64,000 nt of DNA. Origin: a virus. The notes beneath the pieces are model-generated. The model had not been told where the DNA came from, searched no databases, and worked only from the letters and a program-made list of their open reading frames with translations. The position numbers were made by a program, and so were the translations under genes. This document shows positions 8,171 through 17,871 of this stretch, piece after piece. The stretch is from the IMG/VR virus record IMGVR_UViG_3300006749_000012, positions 15,957 through 79,956 of that record. One strand, 5' to 3'. Within the stretch, counting starts at the first letter, position 1; the number at the start of each line of letters is the position of its first letter.

Positions 8171-11100
8171 GTGGTGTTAATGCGAGAAGGTCCACTTGAT
8201 ACCTTAGATAGGCATCGCTTAACCTTCGTAGATTCACTATTCGACGGTATAGGGAAAGCAGATGCCGGTGCTGATTTTTATTTGTCTGCAATAAGTGCAG
8301 AAAGAAAGGGGTATAAATTAAGCGTAGATGATGAAACTCTTATCAAAATGTTTGGCAGTATAATTGCTAAACAGGACGAGCAAGAAGTTACTGGTTCGCA
8401 AGTATACGACTTAGGTAACGAGGTAGAAGATTCAACTCTTAGAGAAACTGGAGTTTCACAGTTTGATGTGGCTACTGATTTAGGTAGTAGAGGAGATGCT
8501 TTGTCAGATAATCCTTCTTACAAAACAGACCGAGTTATGCATGCTGAGCCGGGAAGTGCTGGTAATTTAGCAGGTCATAAGTGGAATATGGAAGACGGAG
8601 ATTTGGTTGAAGACCCGCATGCTACAAGTAATTACATTGGAGATGTGCAAGAAAGGTTTGTTGACCATTTAGGTGACTTTTTTCTTGCTGATAATCCGAT
8701 AGATGAATCGCAGTCTCAAATAGACCATCACAAAGAATCCTCTTGGGAGGACTGGACTAACAGTAATGAGCATGACTTTTTACTAAATGAACATCATTTC
8801 GGTAGGTTAGGGACAGTGGGTAACGATTACCTTACCAATCACAGTCTTTATCAACATCATTACAATCAATGGGAAAGAGATAACGCAGACAGGATTGATG
8901 AGAGAAAACAAATACTATCTCAGCAAGGTATGGACGATAATGAAATCGAACACGAGATGCAAAAAATTCACATGGACCAAGTAAAAAGAGATTGGCAAGA
9001 AAATTTAGGATTCTTAGATTTCATGCTTGGATTAGAATGGCTTACTCCTGAAGAAAGAAAGTCCTTTTATGACCATGTTGAGGAATACGGTGCATCTGAT
9101 ATTACTCAACCTTTCAAATTAAACAGGCACAATATGGCGGGAAATCCTGATTTCATACCGAGAGCGAAAAGAAACTTTGCTCAAAGGTTTTCAGGACTCT
9201 ACGACTCTTGGACTAGGGGCGCAGCCTACCCCGGACAGGGTTTGAGAAAAGAACCAATTGGATTGCCCGATGATGTTCGGGTAGTAGAAAGAGCGCACAA
9301 TACTCTTGCGTTAGATGAACATAGAAGTCCCGGTAAGACTGGCTCTGCTATGGAAAGGGCCATTGCCTACATGAATGAAATGATGAGAGATTATTACTTT
9401 GACCAAATGCCTAACCAAACGCCTCCTCAATATAGTGCTAGCGATATACCTACATTTACAGAATTAGAAGATGGAAGTTTCGATGTCGATACAGTTCCTA
9501 GATTTAAAGCAGATAAAAAAAGCAAATTCGGTGGTAGATACAGTCATGTTTCTTATGATGCGTTAAAACTCATGCTTGGTATAGATGAAAATAATCAAAT
9601 CTTTGAAGATAACTCTCATCCGGTATGGGGCTCATACTGGAAAAAGGATAACGCCCCTTTCTCTCAAGAAGAAGTGGACAAGATAATGGATAGTAGGGGC
9701 AAGGCTGCTAAGCAACTAGCGGCCTCCGGTAGAATGAGTAAAAACCATGGCTACATGCATTATGGTCATCACATAAATGGTGACAAATACGATTACTCAG
9801 ATGATGATAATACGCTTGCTACTTATTGGCACAGTATGTATACTGGAGGAGGATTAGGTAAAATGCCTAATGATTTGTTTGATTTGATACATCATCATAG
9901 CGTATTGTTTGAGCCGGACTACGCTTCTGACGAAGGGGCACAGACTGAAGAAAAAACTGCTAGGCAACTGCAAGCAGAATTAGATGATGAGAAGGACTTT
10001 TTATCCGCTGCACAAATAGATGAGAGAGAGGAGCAGATACGAAGTAAAATTCGTGAAGAAATGTTGAGGGAGGAATACGGGGAAGAAGAAACTTCGACTG
10101 ATGACATTCCTCTGAAAAGAAGAATGGATGGGGCACAAGAGCATAGTCTATTTTTCTCAAGAACTGGTAATAGCATAATGCCTAGGGTTAGATTAGATAG
10201 TCAGTTAGAAAGAGTGGACTCAGGGTTATCTTCTCTATTAGGTCCTTTTGGTCAACCTGAACTAGGTTTGTTCAATATGATTGCTGGGCAAGGTAAAATG
10301 GACCAAGTTAGTTTTAGAGGTGACATTCAAGATTCTTTGAAAAATATGGGACCTTCTAATGTTAATTTTAGCAGAAGTCAGAAGGGTTCATCAGGTGAAA
10401 ATCTCGATATGGCTAGACACAGCGGAACGGTTGACAGCGCTCATAAAAACAAAGTATTTGGTGAATACAACAGTGCTACCCAGTCAGGTAATTACGATGA
10501 GGAGGCTAGACAAGCAGCCCATGCTGAGATGATTGGTCGAGATTCAATAGGGTTGAGTATCCATAATCCCTTCGTTAGCGGTGCGGGTAGATTCGATGAA
10601 ATGGGTCAGCGGAACAGAAATGCTCACCATCACAAACTTACATCTTATCTTTTGGGATTTGCTAGACCGCCTATGTCTCCTTTGAAACAACCGCTAACTA
10701 GAGAAATGAGTAGGCGACCTGAGCACCTTGAACATCACCCCTTAGCGAACCCTGAAGATATGGAAAGTATCAAGAGAAGGCAACTAACTTCTTCTAAATT
10801 TGATATTGAGCAGGAATTATCTAATTTAAAAGAAGAATACGAAACTAATTTGAGTCGCACAGATGACGAAGATAAACGTCAAGAACTCAAAGAAGAATAT
10901 GAGAGAAGAAAAAATAGACTAGAATCCGATGGTCAATTCGTATCAGAAGACGCTGTGAGAGAAGGAATTGTGCAACAACCACCCGGATTACTTTACAGTA
11001 GATTGAGTGCGAGTGAACCTATTACAGAAGAAGAAGAACGATTTATCACTTTGTCAGATTTATCTGCTACTTTACAAAGTAGGTTATTTGAATTACAAGA

Positions 11101-14100
11101 CCCTGAAGGCTTTGCTAGAGACAGCCAAAGTAGGGGTATCAAGCAAGTCGCTGACGAGTTAGGTCAAACTAGTTCTTTGCAACGACAAACTAGTGAGGAA
11201 CGTGAAAAAGACTTCACAGAATTAGGCAGCATGCTCGGCTTAGATATGAGTGACCCTGACGCAGTTCAAAATAAATTGAAAGAACTAACTGGACAACTAA
11301 GTGAATTGGAGCCAGCGCTGAATAGACTTGGTGGAGGTTTAGGTATGGTGGGTATGAGAAGACTACCAAAACACCAAGATGCCTATGTGAGTCGCTTTAG
11401 AGACAAATTACATGCTGACACTTTAGCGATAAGAGATGCAGCGATTCATTTGGTTGAAAATGAAATAGACCCCAATATATTATCTGAGATTCTTAACCCT
11501 AACTTACCAATTGAAACAGTAGCAGCCAACGTCAGAATGTTGGCTAGAATGGCTAACGAATATTTACACAAAGCACCTCATCAAGACCATGGTATACACA
11601 CTTTAGGGCACGGTGAGCACAATGAAGAAGGAGATTCTGCACAACAAGCACTGGGTCAAATCAGAACAGATTTGAATAACCACGATAACAGTTTGACTCC
11701 CAGTGATAATTTAAGTTTAATACAGGCTAGTCAAAGTGACTCTCCACAAGAAAAACAAGCCTTGCTAAGTCAACTTGCTGATAAATTAGGTATAGACAAA
11801 GATGACCCAAGGCAAATTGATACTTTGGCTAGGTTAGCAGATGAACACATGCTCGATGCCATAAAGCAAAATGGCACTGGTTATTCTCCACCTATAATGA
11901 CCATAAGGCAATACTATCAACAACAGTATCCTGATTTCAATATAGAAGAAGCCCTGACTTCTCTTGGTAGATTTCGCAGTCGTGAAAAGGGGTTAGAATT
12001 GTTTAACAATTTGAAAAGACTAGAATCGAGTCTTAGCCAATCTCCTGAAAAATACGGAGTTAAATTGCACACTGCAAACAACTCGGACGATAGAGAAATT
12101 GGACCTGAAAAGACTTTGAGGAGGAAGGGTAAGATTGGAGACAACGAATACACTGTAAAACCAACCAAAGCAGGCGGAAAGTCATCTGTAAAAAATGAAA
12201 GTCAGGTATTCAGAGCCAAACAGATGTTAGATTCTATTTTGGTAGGTATGCCTGAAGTAGAAGAAATCGATACTAGTGTAACTAGAAGGGGTATGGGCAG
12301 AGTCCCTGTTGATAGATTCGGGCCTAATTCTCATTCCGTCCATAGTCTATATGATTCGGCAGGGTTTAGGCACGAGCAAGGTGATTTATTCCGTCCTAAT
12401 TTCAATTTCAAAATAAACCCTAGGGGTAAAGTCAAGTTAGAATTAGTTGACCCTATGAACAATCCTCAAAAACTGTTGCAACCCTTAGAGTCTTTTTGGG
12501 AGGCAGCATTATCAGATAAATCAAAACTCTTTCCTCCCGAATGGTTAGAAATGTTAAGAAACCCTGAACACGCTATCGCAAGGGAAAGCCTCAACAATCC
12601 TTTCAGATTTGCTGCTCAAAGAAAACCAAATAGTATAGATGCTACTAGGAACCAAGATGCTCACTCCACTACTAAGTCTGAAATAGGGTTAGCAGACTTA
12701 ACTAATCCTGACATAATCCGTAAAGAACTTGGTAGTAAGGTTCCCTTGTTACAACCAATGCATCGCATTTTTAACATAAGTGATTTAGAGCATCTTCGTG
12801 GATTTACAGGCGACTGGATAGTTTCTCACATGCCTGAAGGCGAAAGAGGATTTGTAGAAAAGAAAGACGACGAAGTTTCATCCAAGAGTTTTGATTTATC
12901 TGATGATGATAAAGATAATTTCAAAGAGGTAACCGACGAAGATTTCAACGCTGATGTAATTAAATTAGAAGACGGATACTACATATTTGATGTCATTGAG
13001 TTTGCTGGTAAAGAAGTGCACGATGTTCCATTAGATGACCGTATCAAAATACTTAGAGGTGGTATGGAAGGAGTAGAGAACGTCCATCTCCCAAGCGCTA
13101 GTGACACGAGATTGTCAGACGATATAGGTTTGAAATCTGTGGTTAAAGATTTGCAAAAAGAGCATGAGAATATATTGCTTAGAGATGCAAAGTCAGTTTA
13201 TATGGCTGGCGAAATGCGTCACCCAAAGTGGGTCATGTTGAAGCCGGGTAGAGATGTGGTTCTCAGGGTATTGGAAAAAAGGGGAAGCGGACCCTACACT
13301 TACAGATTAGGAACAGGACCTATTACACAAGATGACAAGATAGGGGATAGAGCAGTTCAATCCGATGGTGAAACTTACATGGACTTAGGCGCAGCCTTCA
13401 ATAGTCCTGACAAGTATAACGTCGGTGACCACGTTAGAGTGAACGTCGCTAATGTGAGTAAAGTAGAATCTGCTGAAGATGATACGATATATACATTGAC
13501 AGGTTCAGAAATAGAAGGAGAAGCAGAAGGCGAGGGCTTAGTTAGTCAAGAGACACTTGGTATGCTAGCCAAGTCAGATAACATTCAATGGTTGTGCGAA
13601 GTTCATAGAGCCAAAAGTGGAATCAGAGTGGTAATGCCACAAGGCGATGTAGTTTACAAAGCCACTGAATCTTTGGGAGCATGGACTGTCCATAGTCCAT
13701 TAGCATCGAATAACTATCTCATTCGACTGTCTGAAAGTCAGAGAGTATACTGGAGTCCTATTGCTGGTGCTTTACTGAAAGCAGATTTAGAAGTAAAAGA
13801 AGAAGTTCATGAAAGCAAAGGAGATGGCAAGCCCCTCATACCTCCTAAGAAAATACAAGATGCACAGTGGTGGAGAAAGAAAAAAAAGCAAAAGATTCTA
13901 GTCAAAGGATTAACCTTGATTGATAAATTTATGAAAAGTGGAGTAGGTGCAGTTGGTCAATCGAGCACTGGCGCTATGGGGTTAGGTATAGGATACGCTA
14001 CTCCGATAGAATCTCCTATGGGTCCAACTAATTTGCATGATGAAAAAACTATGCCTGATTATGATAATCGCAAACGACCGGGTGAGGATTCTCCCATAGA

Positions 14101-14200
14101 GCCTGATACAGAGGAAAAAGACGAAGATAAACGCATGACTGTGCCCACAGAGGGTGGAGAGTTAGAAATAACAGAAGACAAGGCTATACTCCATACTTGA
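8171..14200 (+). CDS. Large (2009 aa) protein with C-terminal degenerate ATP-dependent DNA ligase fold; probable virion-associated protein
   Basis: Ligase-like motifs at ~12740-13560: LLQPM, SHMPEGER (motif I with K->M), YYIFDVI (IIIa), ENILLRD (IV), KWVMLKP (V), then an OB-like segment. The N-terminal ~1500 aa are acidic/His-rich and unrecognised. Likely start is ATG 8180. Confidence 0.75.
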   Translation: MVLMREGPLDTLDRHRLTFVDSLFDGIGKADAGADFYLSAISAERKGYKLSVDDETLIKMFGSIIAKQDEQEVTGSQVYDLGNEVEDSTLRETGVSQFDVATDLGSRGDALSDNPSYKTDRVMHAEPGSAGNLAGHKWNMEDGDLVEDPHATSNYIGDVQERFVDHLGDFFLADNPIDESQSQIDHHKESSWEDWTNSNEHDFLLNEHHFGRLGTVGNDYLTNHSLYQHHYNQWERDNADRIDERKQILSQQGMDDNEIEHEMQKIHMDQVKRDWQENLGFLDFMLGLEWLTPEERKSFYDHVEEYGASDITQPFKLNRHNMAGNPDFIPRAKRNFAQRFSGLYDSWTRGAAYPGQGLRKEPIGLPDDVRVVERAHNTLALDEHRSPGKTGSAMERAIAYMNEMMRDYYFDQMPNQTPPQYSASDIPTFTELEDGSFDVDTVPRFKADKKSKFGGRYSHVSYDALKLMLGIDENNQIFEDNSHPVWGSYWKKDNAPFSQEEVDKIMDSRGKAAKQLAASGRMSKNHGYMHYGHHINGDKYDYSDDDNTLATYWHSMYTGGGLGKMPNDLFDLIHHHSVLFEPDYASDEGAQTEEKTARQLQAELDDEKDFLSAAQIDEREEQIRSKIREEMLREEYGEEETSTDDIPLKRRMDGAQEHSLFFSRTGNSIMPRVRLDSQLERVDSGLSSLLGPFGQPELGLFNMIAGQGKMDQVSFRGDIQDSLKNMGPSNVNFSRSQKGSSGENLDMARHSGTVDSAHKNKVFGEYNSATQSGNYDEEARQAAHAEMIGRDSIGLSIHNPFVSGAGRFDEMGQRNRNAHHHKLTSYLLGFARPPMSPLKQPLTREMSRRPEHLEHHPLANPEDMESIKRRQLTSSKFDIEQELSNLKEEYETNLSRTDDEDKRQELKEEYERRKNRLESDGQFVSEDAVREGIVQQPPGLLYSRLSASEPITEEEERFITLSDLSATLQSRLFELQDPEGFARDSQSRGIKQVADELGQTSSLQRQTSEEREKDFTELGSMLGLDMSDPDAVQNKLKELTGQLSELEPALNRLGGGLGMVGMRRLPKHQDAYVSRFRDKLHADTLAIRDAAIHLVENEIDPNILSEILNPNLPIETVAANVRMLARMANEYLHKAPHQDHGIHTLGHGEHNEEGDSAQQALGQIRTDLNNHDNSLTPSDNLSLIQASQSDSPQEKQALLSQLADKLGIDKDDPRQIDTLARLADEHMLDAIKQNGTGYSPPIMTIRQYYQQQYPDFNIEEALTSLGRFRSREKGLELFNNLKRLESSLSQSPEKYGVKLHTANNSDDREIGPEKTLRRKGKIGDNEYTVKPTKAGGKSSVKNESQVFRAKQMLDSILVGMPEVEEIDTSVTRRGMGRVPVDRFGPNSHSVHSLYDSAGFRHEQGDLFRPNFNFKINPRGKVKLELVDPMNNPQKLLQPLESFWEAALSDKSKLFPPEWLEMLRNPEHAIARESLNNPFRFAAQRKPNSIDATRNQDAHSTTKSEIGLADLTNPDIIRKELGSKVPLLQPMHRIFNISDLEHLRGFTGDWIVSHMPEGERGFVEKKDDEVSSKSFDLSDDDKDNFKEVTDEDFNADVIKLEDGYYIFDVIEFAGKEVHDVPLDDRIKILRGGMEGVENVHLPSASDTRLSDDIGLKSVVKDLQKEHENILLRDAKSVYMAGEMRHPKWVMLKPGRDVVLRVLEKRGSGPYTYRLGTGPITQDDKIGDRAVQSDGETYMDLGAAFNSPDKYNVGDHVRVNVANVSKVESAEDDTIYTLTGSEIEGEAEGEGLVSQETLGMLAKSDNIQWLCEVHRAKSGIRVVMPQGDVVYKATESLGAWTVHSPLASNNYLIRLSESQRVYWSPIAGALLKADLEVKEEVHESKGDGKPLIPPKKIQDAQWWRKKKKQKILVKGLTLIDKFMKSGVGAVGQSSTGAMGLGIGYATPIESPMGPTNLHDEKTMPDYDNRKRPGEDSPIEPDTEEKDEDKRMTVPTEGGELEITEDKAILHT

Positions 14201-14207
14201 TTAAATA
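14201..14207 (+). promoter_or_regulatory. Putative TATA box for a (near-)leaderless protease/capsid transcript
   Basis: TTAAATA starting 31 nt upstream of ATG 14232, which has no RBS-like motif. Confidence 0.5.
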
Positions 14208-14231
14208 GTATGAATAGCCTGTATTGAAACA

Positions 14232-15650
14232 ATGGCGACAGTCGCAGCACTGAGAACTTCCCCCGTCAACCACGGTGGGACCATCAGTATTGTTAAGGCT
14301 GATAATGACTTAGTAATCGCTGGTTACGCATCTGTTGAGATGGTGGACAAGCAAGGTGACTTGATTACCCGTGGAGCACTCAAGAATGCTTTTGGTGACT
14401 TTATGAAAGCAGAGGGTTACCGGAATGTCCAACTTGCTCATTCTAACATACAAGTCGGTAGCGTAATACCACATTACACTGACTCTGATGGTCGTGTATG
14501 GAAATCAGGTGTAGATGACGCAGGGATGTTTGTAGTAATCAAACTACGAGACGACATCGAAAAAGCGAGAGAAGTCGCTAATCAAATTCGCAAAGGAGCC
14601 TTGAGAGGTTTCAGTATTGGAGGACAAGCATTCAAGCGAATGCGTAAAAGTGACCAAGAGCATGGTGACTATACAGAAATCTCCAAACTGGAATTGCACG
14701 AGGTTACTATTTGTGAAAAAGGTATTAACCCGGAGGCGACATTCCGTATATTGAAGGAGGACACATCTATGAACGACGATAATGTATTAGGCGAATTGTC
14801 TAGTGTATTGGACAGATTGAACGGTAGACTTGACGCTATGGAAAAAGAGGATAAGGATATGCCTGAAGGTCTTAAAGAGCACTTTAAGGACAAGAAAAAC
14901 GACAAAAAAGACGAAGGTGAAAAAATGGCTGACCAAGATGAAAAAGAAGCAATGTATGGTGGCGAACACAAAGGTATGCATGAGCAAAAGGGTATGCACG
15001 GCGATATGGCAAAAGGAGAATATTCCGATGTTATCACTAGCGAATACCTTAACTGGATGGAAAACACTCTGAAATCTCAGGGCGTAGACATCGGTGGCGC
15101 TCGTGCTCACTTTGACGACATTAGTAAGGCTAACCTTGGTAGCACACCTGAACAGATTGGAGATGGAGCAGATTACTTCAGCGGCCAAGTAAAGGGTCGT
15201 GCACAAGAAGGTGGCTCACCATCTACTAACGCTATTGGTAAACTCAACAGCGGTGGAAGCGGCGAAGTTGCAAAAGGATACTTACATCCTAACTCAGTTA
15301 GCGCTTCTGACCTAGAGGCTGCTTACGAAGTTTACAAGGCTGCTGCACTAGAAGAACAATTCAAAGGTAACCTTGGAAGTGTATTCGCAGACAGACTATC
15401 AAAGGAATTGAGCGCAGAAGCAAATGCACGAGAGGCTGCTTCATTTGACGCACGCACACCACTTGCTAACATTGAGAAAGCACTTGGCGACCTAAGTAGT
15501 CGAATTGACAATATCAGCGCTTCTGCACCAGCAGAAGGAACTGACCTTAGAAAATCCGTTTCCACAGTAGAAATACCATCTACACAAGAACTAGGTAACA
15601 TGTCTTGGGACGATGTTCACAGCCTAGCAGGGAGTGTTTGGAACAACTGA
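14232..15650 (+). CDS. HK97-family prohead protease fused to a scaffold-like C-terminal region
   Basis: IAGYAS...VDKQGD, QLAHS (His), LRGFSIGG (Ser), LHEVTICEKGINPEA; then ~295 aa charged/helical; immediately upstream of the capsid gene. Confidence 0.92.
   Translation: MATVAALRTSPVNHGGTISIVKADNDLVIAGYASVEMVDKQGDLITRGALKNAFGDFMKAEGYRNVQLAHSNIQVGSVIPHYTDSDGRVWKSGVDDAGMFVVIKLRDDIEKAREVANQIRKGALRGFSIGGQAFKRMRKSDQEHGDYTEISKLELHEVTICEKGINPEATFRILKEDTSMNDDNVLGELSSVLDRLNGRLDAMEKEDKDMPEGLKEHFKDKKNDKKDEGEKMADQDEKEAMYGGEHKGMHEQKGMHGDMAKGEYSDVITSEYLNWMENTLKSQGVDIGGARAHFDDISKANLGSTPEQIGDGADYFSGQVKGRAQEGGSPSTNAIGKLNSGGSGEVAKGYLHPNSVSASDLEAAYEVYKAAALEEQFKGNLGSVFADRLSKELSAEANAREAASFDARTPLANIEKALGDLSSRIDNISASAPAEGTDLRKSVSTVEIPSTQELGNMSWDDVHSLAGSVWNN
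14970..15005 (+). repeat. Imperfect 18-bp tandem duplication encoding KGMHEQ-KGMHGD
   Basis: aaaggtatgcatgagcaa / aagggtatgcacggcgat inside the scaffold region. Confidence 0.5.
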
Positions 15651-15664
15651 ATGGAGGAATTATT

Positions 15665-16792
15665 ATGGCAAGAAATTATATGAGAACAGTTAACGACATG
15701 GAGCGCTACTACTACGGTGCAGGTAACTCAATGGGTTACTCTTACACTGGTAGTGAACTATTGAAAGCAGACGCTCCATTGTTGAGCACAACCGCTGGAA
15801 CATACCAAGCAATCTACGGACGCAAAGTATGGTCACAGTTGAACCAAGAATTTAACGCATTTTCTATCCTTCCTAAGAAGCCTTGGGACCGAAGTGGATG
15901 GAGAGTTGTAACTGCAAAGCCTACGACAGCAGTCGGTGGCGGTATTGCAGAGAACGGCACACTGCCTGATACTACCAAGCCTACATTCCAAAATGTTGCT
16001 GCAAAGCCTAAGACAATCGCACACACATTCGATATGTCTGAGGTTGCAATCTTTTTGAATGACAAGGACGACGGACTTGGCGACATTCGCTCTGTCTTGA
16101 AAGAAGAAATGGGTAAGCACCACGCTGAGCACATTAACCAAATGTTAACTGAGGATGTAACCACAGTTGCAGGTAACGACTTTGAGTCATTAGACCGTGT
16201 AACTACTGGTAACAACAGCATGACATCCGGCACTCACTACGATGCTGGTGATGAGGACATTTACAGTATTGACCGAAGTGCTAACACTTGGTCATTTGCT
16301 GAAGATGATGCTAACTCTAGTTCTACTAACAGAACATTATCACTAGACCAACTGGATAACATATTCAGACTTGTTTGGGAACGTGGTGGCAATCCAAAGG
16401 TTATGCTAACAGGATATGACACTCTAATGAGAATCCAGCAACTATTGCAGGCTCAACAGAGATTCATGGAAGAAAAGAGAGTAGTTCCTTCTTACAATGG
16501 AGTTAAGGGAGTGCCCGGAGTTGAAGCAGGTTTCATTGTTGCAACTTACAACGGTGTTCCAATCATTCCATCTAAAGATATAGCAAAGGACGGCATCAGC
16601 AGAATTTACATGCTAGATACTGACTACCTATACTTTAGCACTGCAAAACCAACTCAATACTTTGAGTCGGGAATCGAAACAGGCGACCCATTCGCAATTA
16701 ACAGGTTAGGACAAGAAGGTCTATACCGCACAATGGGAGAAATTTGGACAACATTCTTTGGAGGTCAAGGTTCTATCCGTGACTTACAGTGA
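15665..16792 (+). CDS. Major capsid protein (HK97 fold)
   Basis: Follows the protease; GGAGG RBS before ATG 15665; 375 aa; HK97-like motifs (IAENGTLP, YNGVPIIPS, IYMLDTDYL). Confidence 0.9.
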   Translation: MARNYMRTVNDMERYYYGAGNSMGYSYTGSELLKADAPLLSTTAGTYQAIYGRKVWSQLNQEFNAFSILPKKPWDRSGWRVVTAKPTTAVGGGIAENGTLPDTTKPTFQNVAAKPKTIAHTFDMSEVAIFLNDKDDGLGDIRSVLKEEMGKHHAEHINQMLTEDVTTVAGNDFESLDRVTTGNNSMTSGTHYDAGDEDIYSIDRSANTWSFAEDDANSSSTNRTLSLDQLDNIFRLVWERGGNPKVMLTGYDTLMRIQQLLQAQQRFMEEKRVVPSYNGVKGVPGVEAGFIVATYNGVPIIPSKDIAKDGISRIYMLDTDYLYFSTAKPTQYFESGIETGDPFAINRLGQEGLYRTMGEIWTTFFGGQGSIRDLQ

Positions 16793-16828
16793 GGTTCTAT
16801 TGGAGAAAATTATAGGAGATGAAAAAAT

Positions 16829-17455
16829 ATGGCAACTAAGACACACAGAGGAATTACATACACTACCAGTAGTAGTGCAGCAATCGACGTATTACTCGAT
16901 ATGCCACTACAAGGTGGAGTAGACCAAGACAAGACAGAGTGGTTGAACGGAAACACTGGTGGCTCTTATCCGGGCTCTTTGACTGGGTTCACAGCAAGTA
17001 ACACTGATGGCTCTAAAATACACAACCCTAGACTATTGATTGTTCACGTTAGCACAATGGCTAATGACGAAACACTGACTCTTTCAGGAGAGTGCACAGA
17101 AGTTATGCACACCTCTTGTCAGTGGGCTGAAACTACTGCTGCACCGGGTCTATCCCAACACGCAGCAAGTGGAGTTCTAATCAATGACGGTTCAAACTTT
17201 TTGACAAGTGAATCAACAGTCGCCGTTGACACAGTTGATGCAACAACACAATTTAGTGTTGGTGACTTCATTCTTGATGCAAACGGTGCAATTGTTGGAA
17301 CACTAACCGCTGTTGGTGCAACAAGTCTAACTATTGCGGCTAATGCAACTGTTCAAATGAATGACGACGCACCAGTTCACAAGAGAACACCACTTGTTTT
17401 AAAGAACACATCAGGAAGCACTGAGTCAGTTACTCTAATGATGCTAGTCCGTTGA
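16829..17455 (+). CDS. Putative capsid decoration/minor structural protein
   Basis: Directly after the capsid gene; Thr/Ser/Gly-rich beta character; carries a ~70-aa module shared with tail proteins. Confidence 0.55.
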   Translation: MATKTHRGITYTTSSSAAIDVLLDMPLQGGVDQDKTEWLNGNTGGSYPGSLTGFTASNTDGSKIHNPRLLIVHVSTMANDETLTLSGECTEVMHTSCQWAETTAAPGLSQHAASGVLINDGSNFLTSESTVAVDTVDATTQFSVGDFILDANGAIVGTLTAVGATSLTIAANATVQMNDDAPVHKRTPLVLKNTSGSTESVTLMMLVR

Positions 17456-17466
17456 GGTGATTCAAC

Positions 17467-17871
17467 TTGCCTACTGTAACTTATATCGGTAAAGCGGTTT
17501 GGCGACGGCGACCTGATATTAAGGATTATTGGGAGCGCAGGAAACCTGTGGAAGTCAGCCAATCTTGGCTAGATGCACACAGGGTTGCAATCTGCTCTAA
17601 CCCTACGGCCTTCATAGTAGAAGGTGACGCAGCGGTTACAACAGATGAAGGCAACGACGGCATTCCCGATGCAGGCTGGACAAAGAAAGACATAAGCGCA
17701 TGGCTCAAGGCCAAAGGTGCAAAGTTCGGTGGCTACGCTACAAAAGCCAAACTACTCGGACTTGTAGAGGAAACACTAAATCCTCCAGCACCTAAGCCTG
17801 AGCCAGCAGCAGTCGAAGAACCAGCAGTAGAAAAGGCAGTTGAAGAATCAATTATAGGAGATGAAGAATAA
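17467..17871 (+). CDS. HeH/LEM(SAP-like) domain protein
   Basis: WTKKDISAWLKAKG...ATKAKLLGLVEE helix-extension-helix pattern; TTG start after GAGGTGA. Confidence 0.65.
   Translation: MPTVTYIGKAVWRRRPDIKDYWERRKPVEVSQSWLDAHRVAICSNPTAFIVEGDAAVTTDEGNDGIPDAGWTKKDISAWLKAKGAKFGGYATKAKLLGLVEETLNPPAPKPEPAAVEEPAVEKAVEESIIGDEE

Noticed and set aside
8171-14200. Active DNA ligase, or virion RNA polymerase, in the 2009-aa protein
   Set aside because: The motif I Lys is replaced by Met; I recognised no RNA polymerase catalytic motifs such as DxDGD.
16790-16829. Stop-codon readthrough fusing the capsid protein to the decoration protein
   Set aside because: A further in-frame TGA follows within 10 codons, and the downstream gene has its own RBS.
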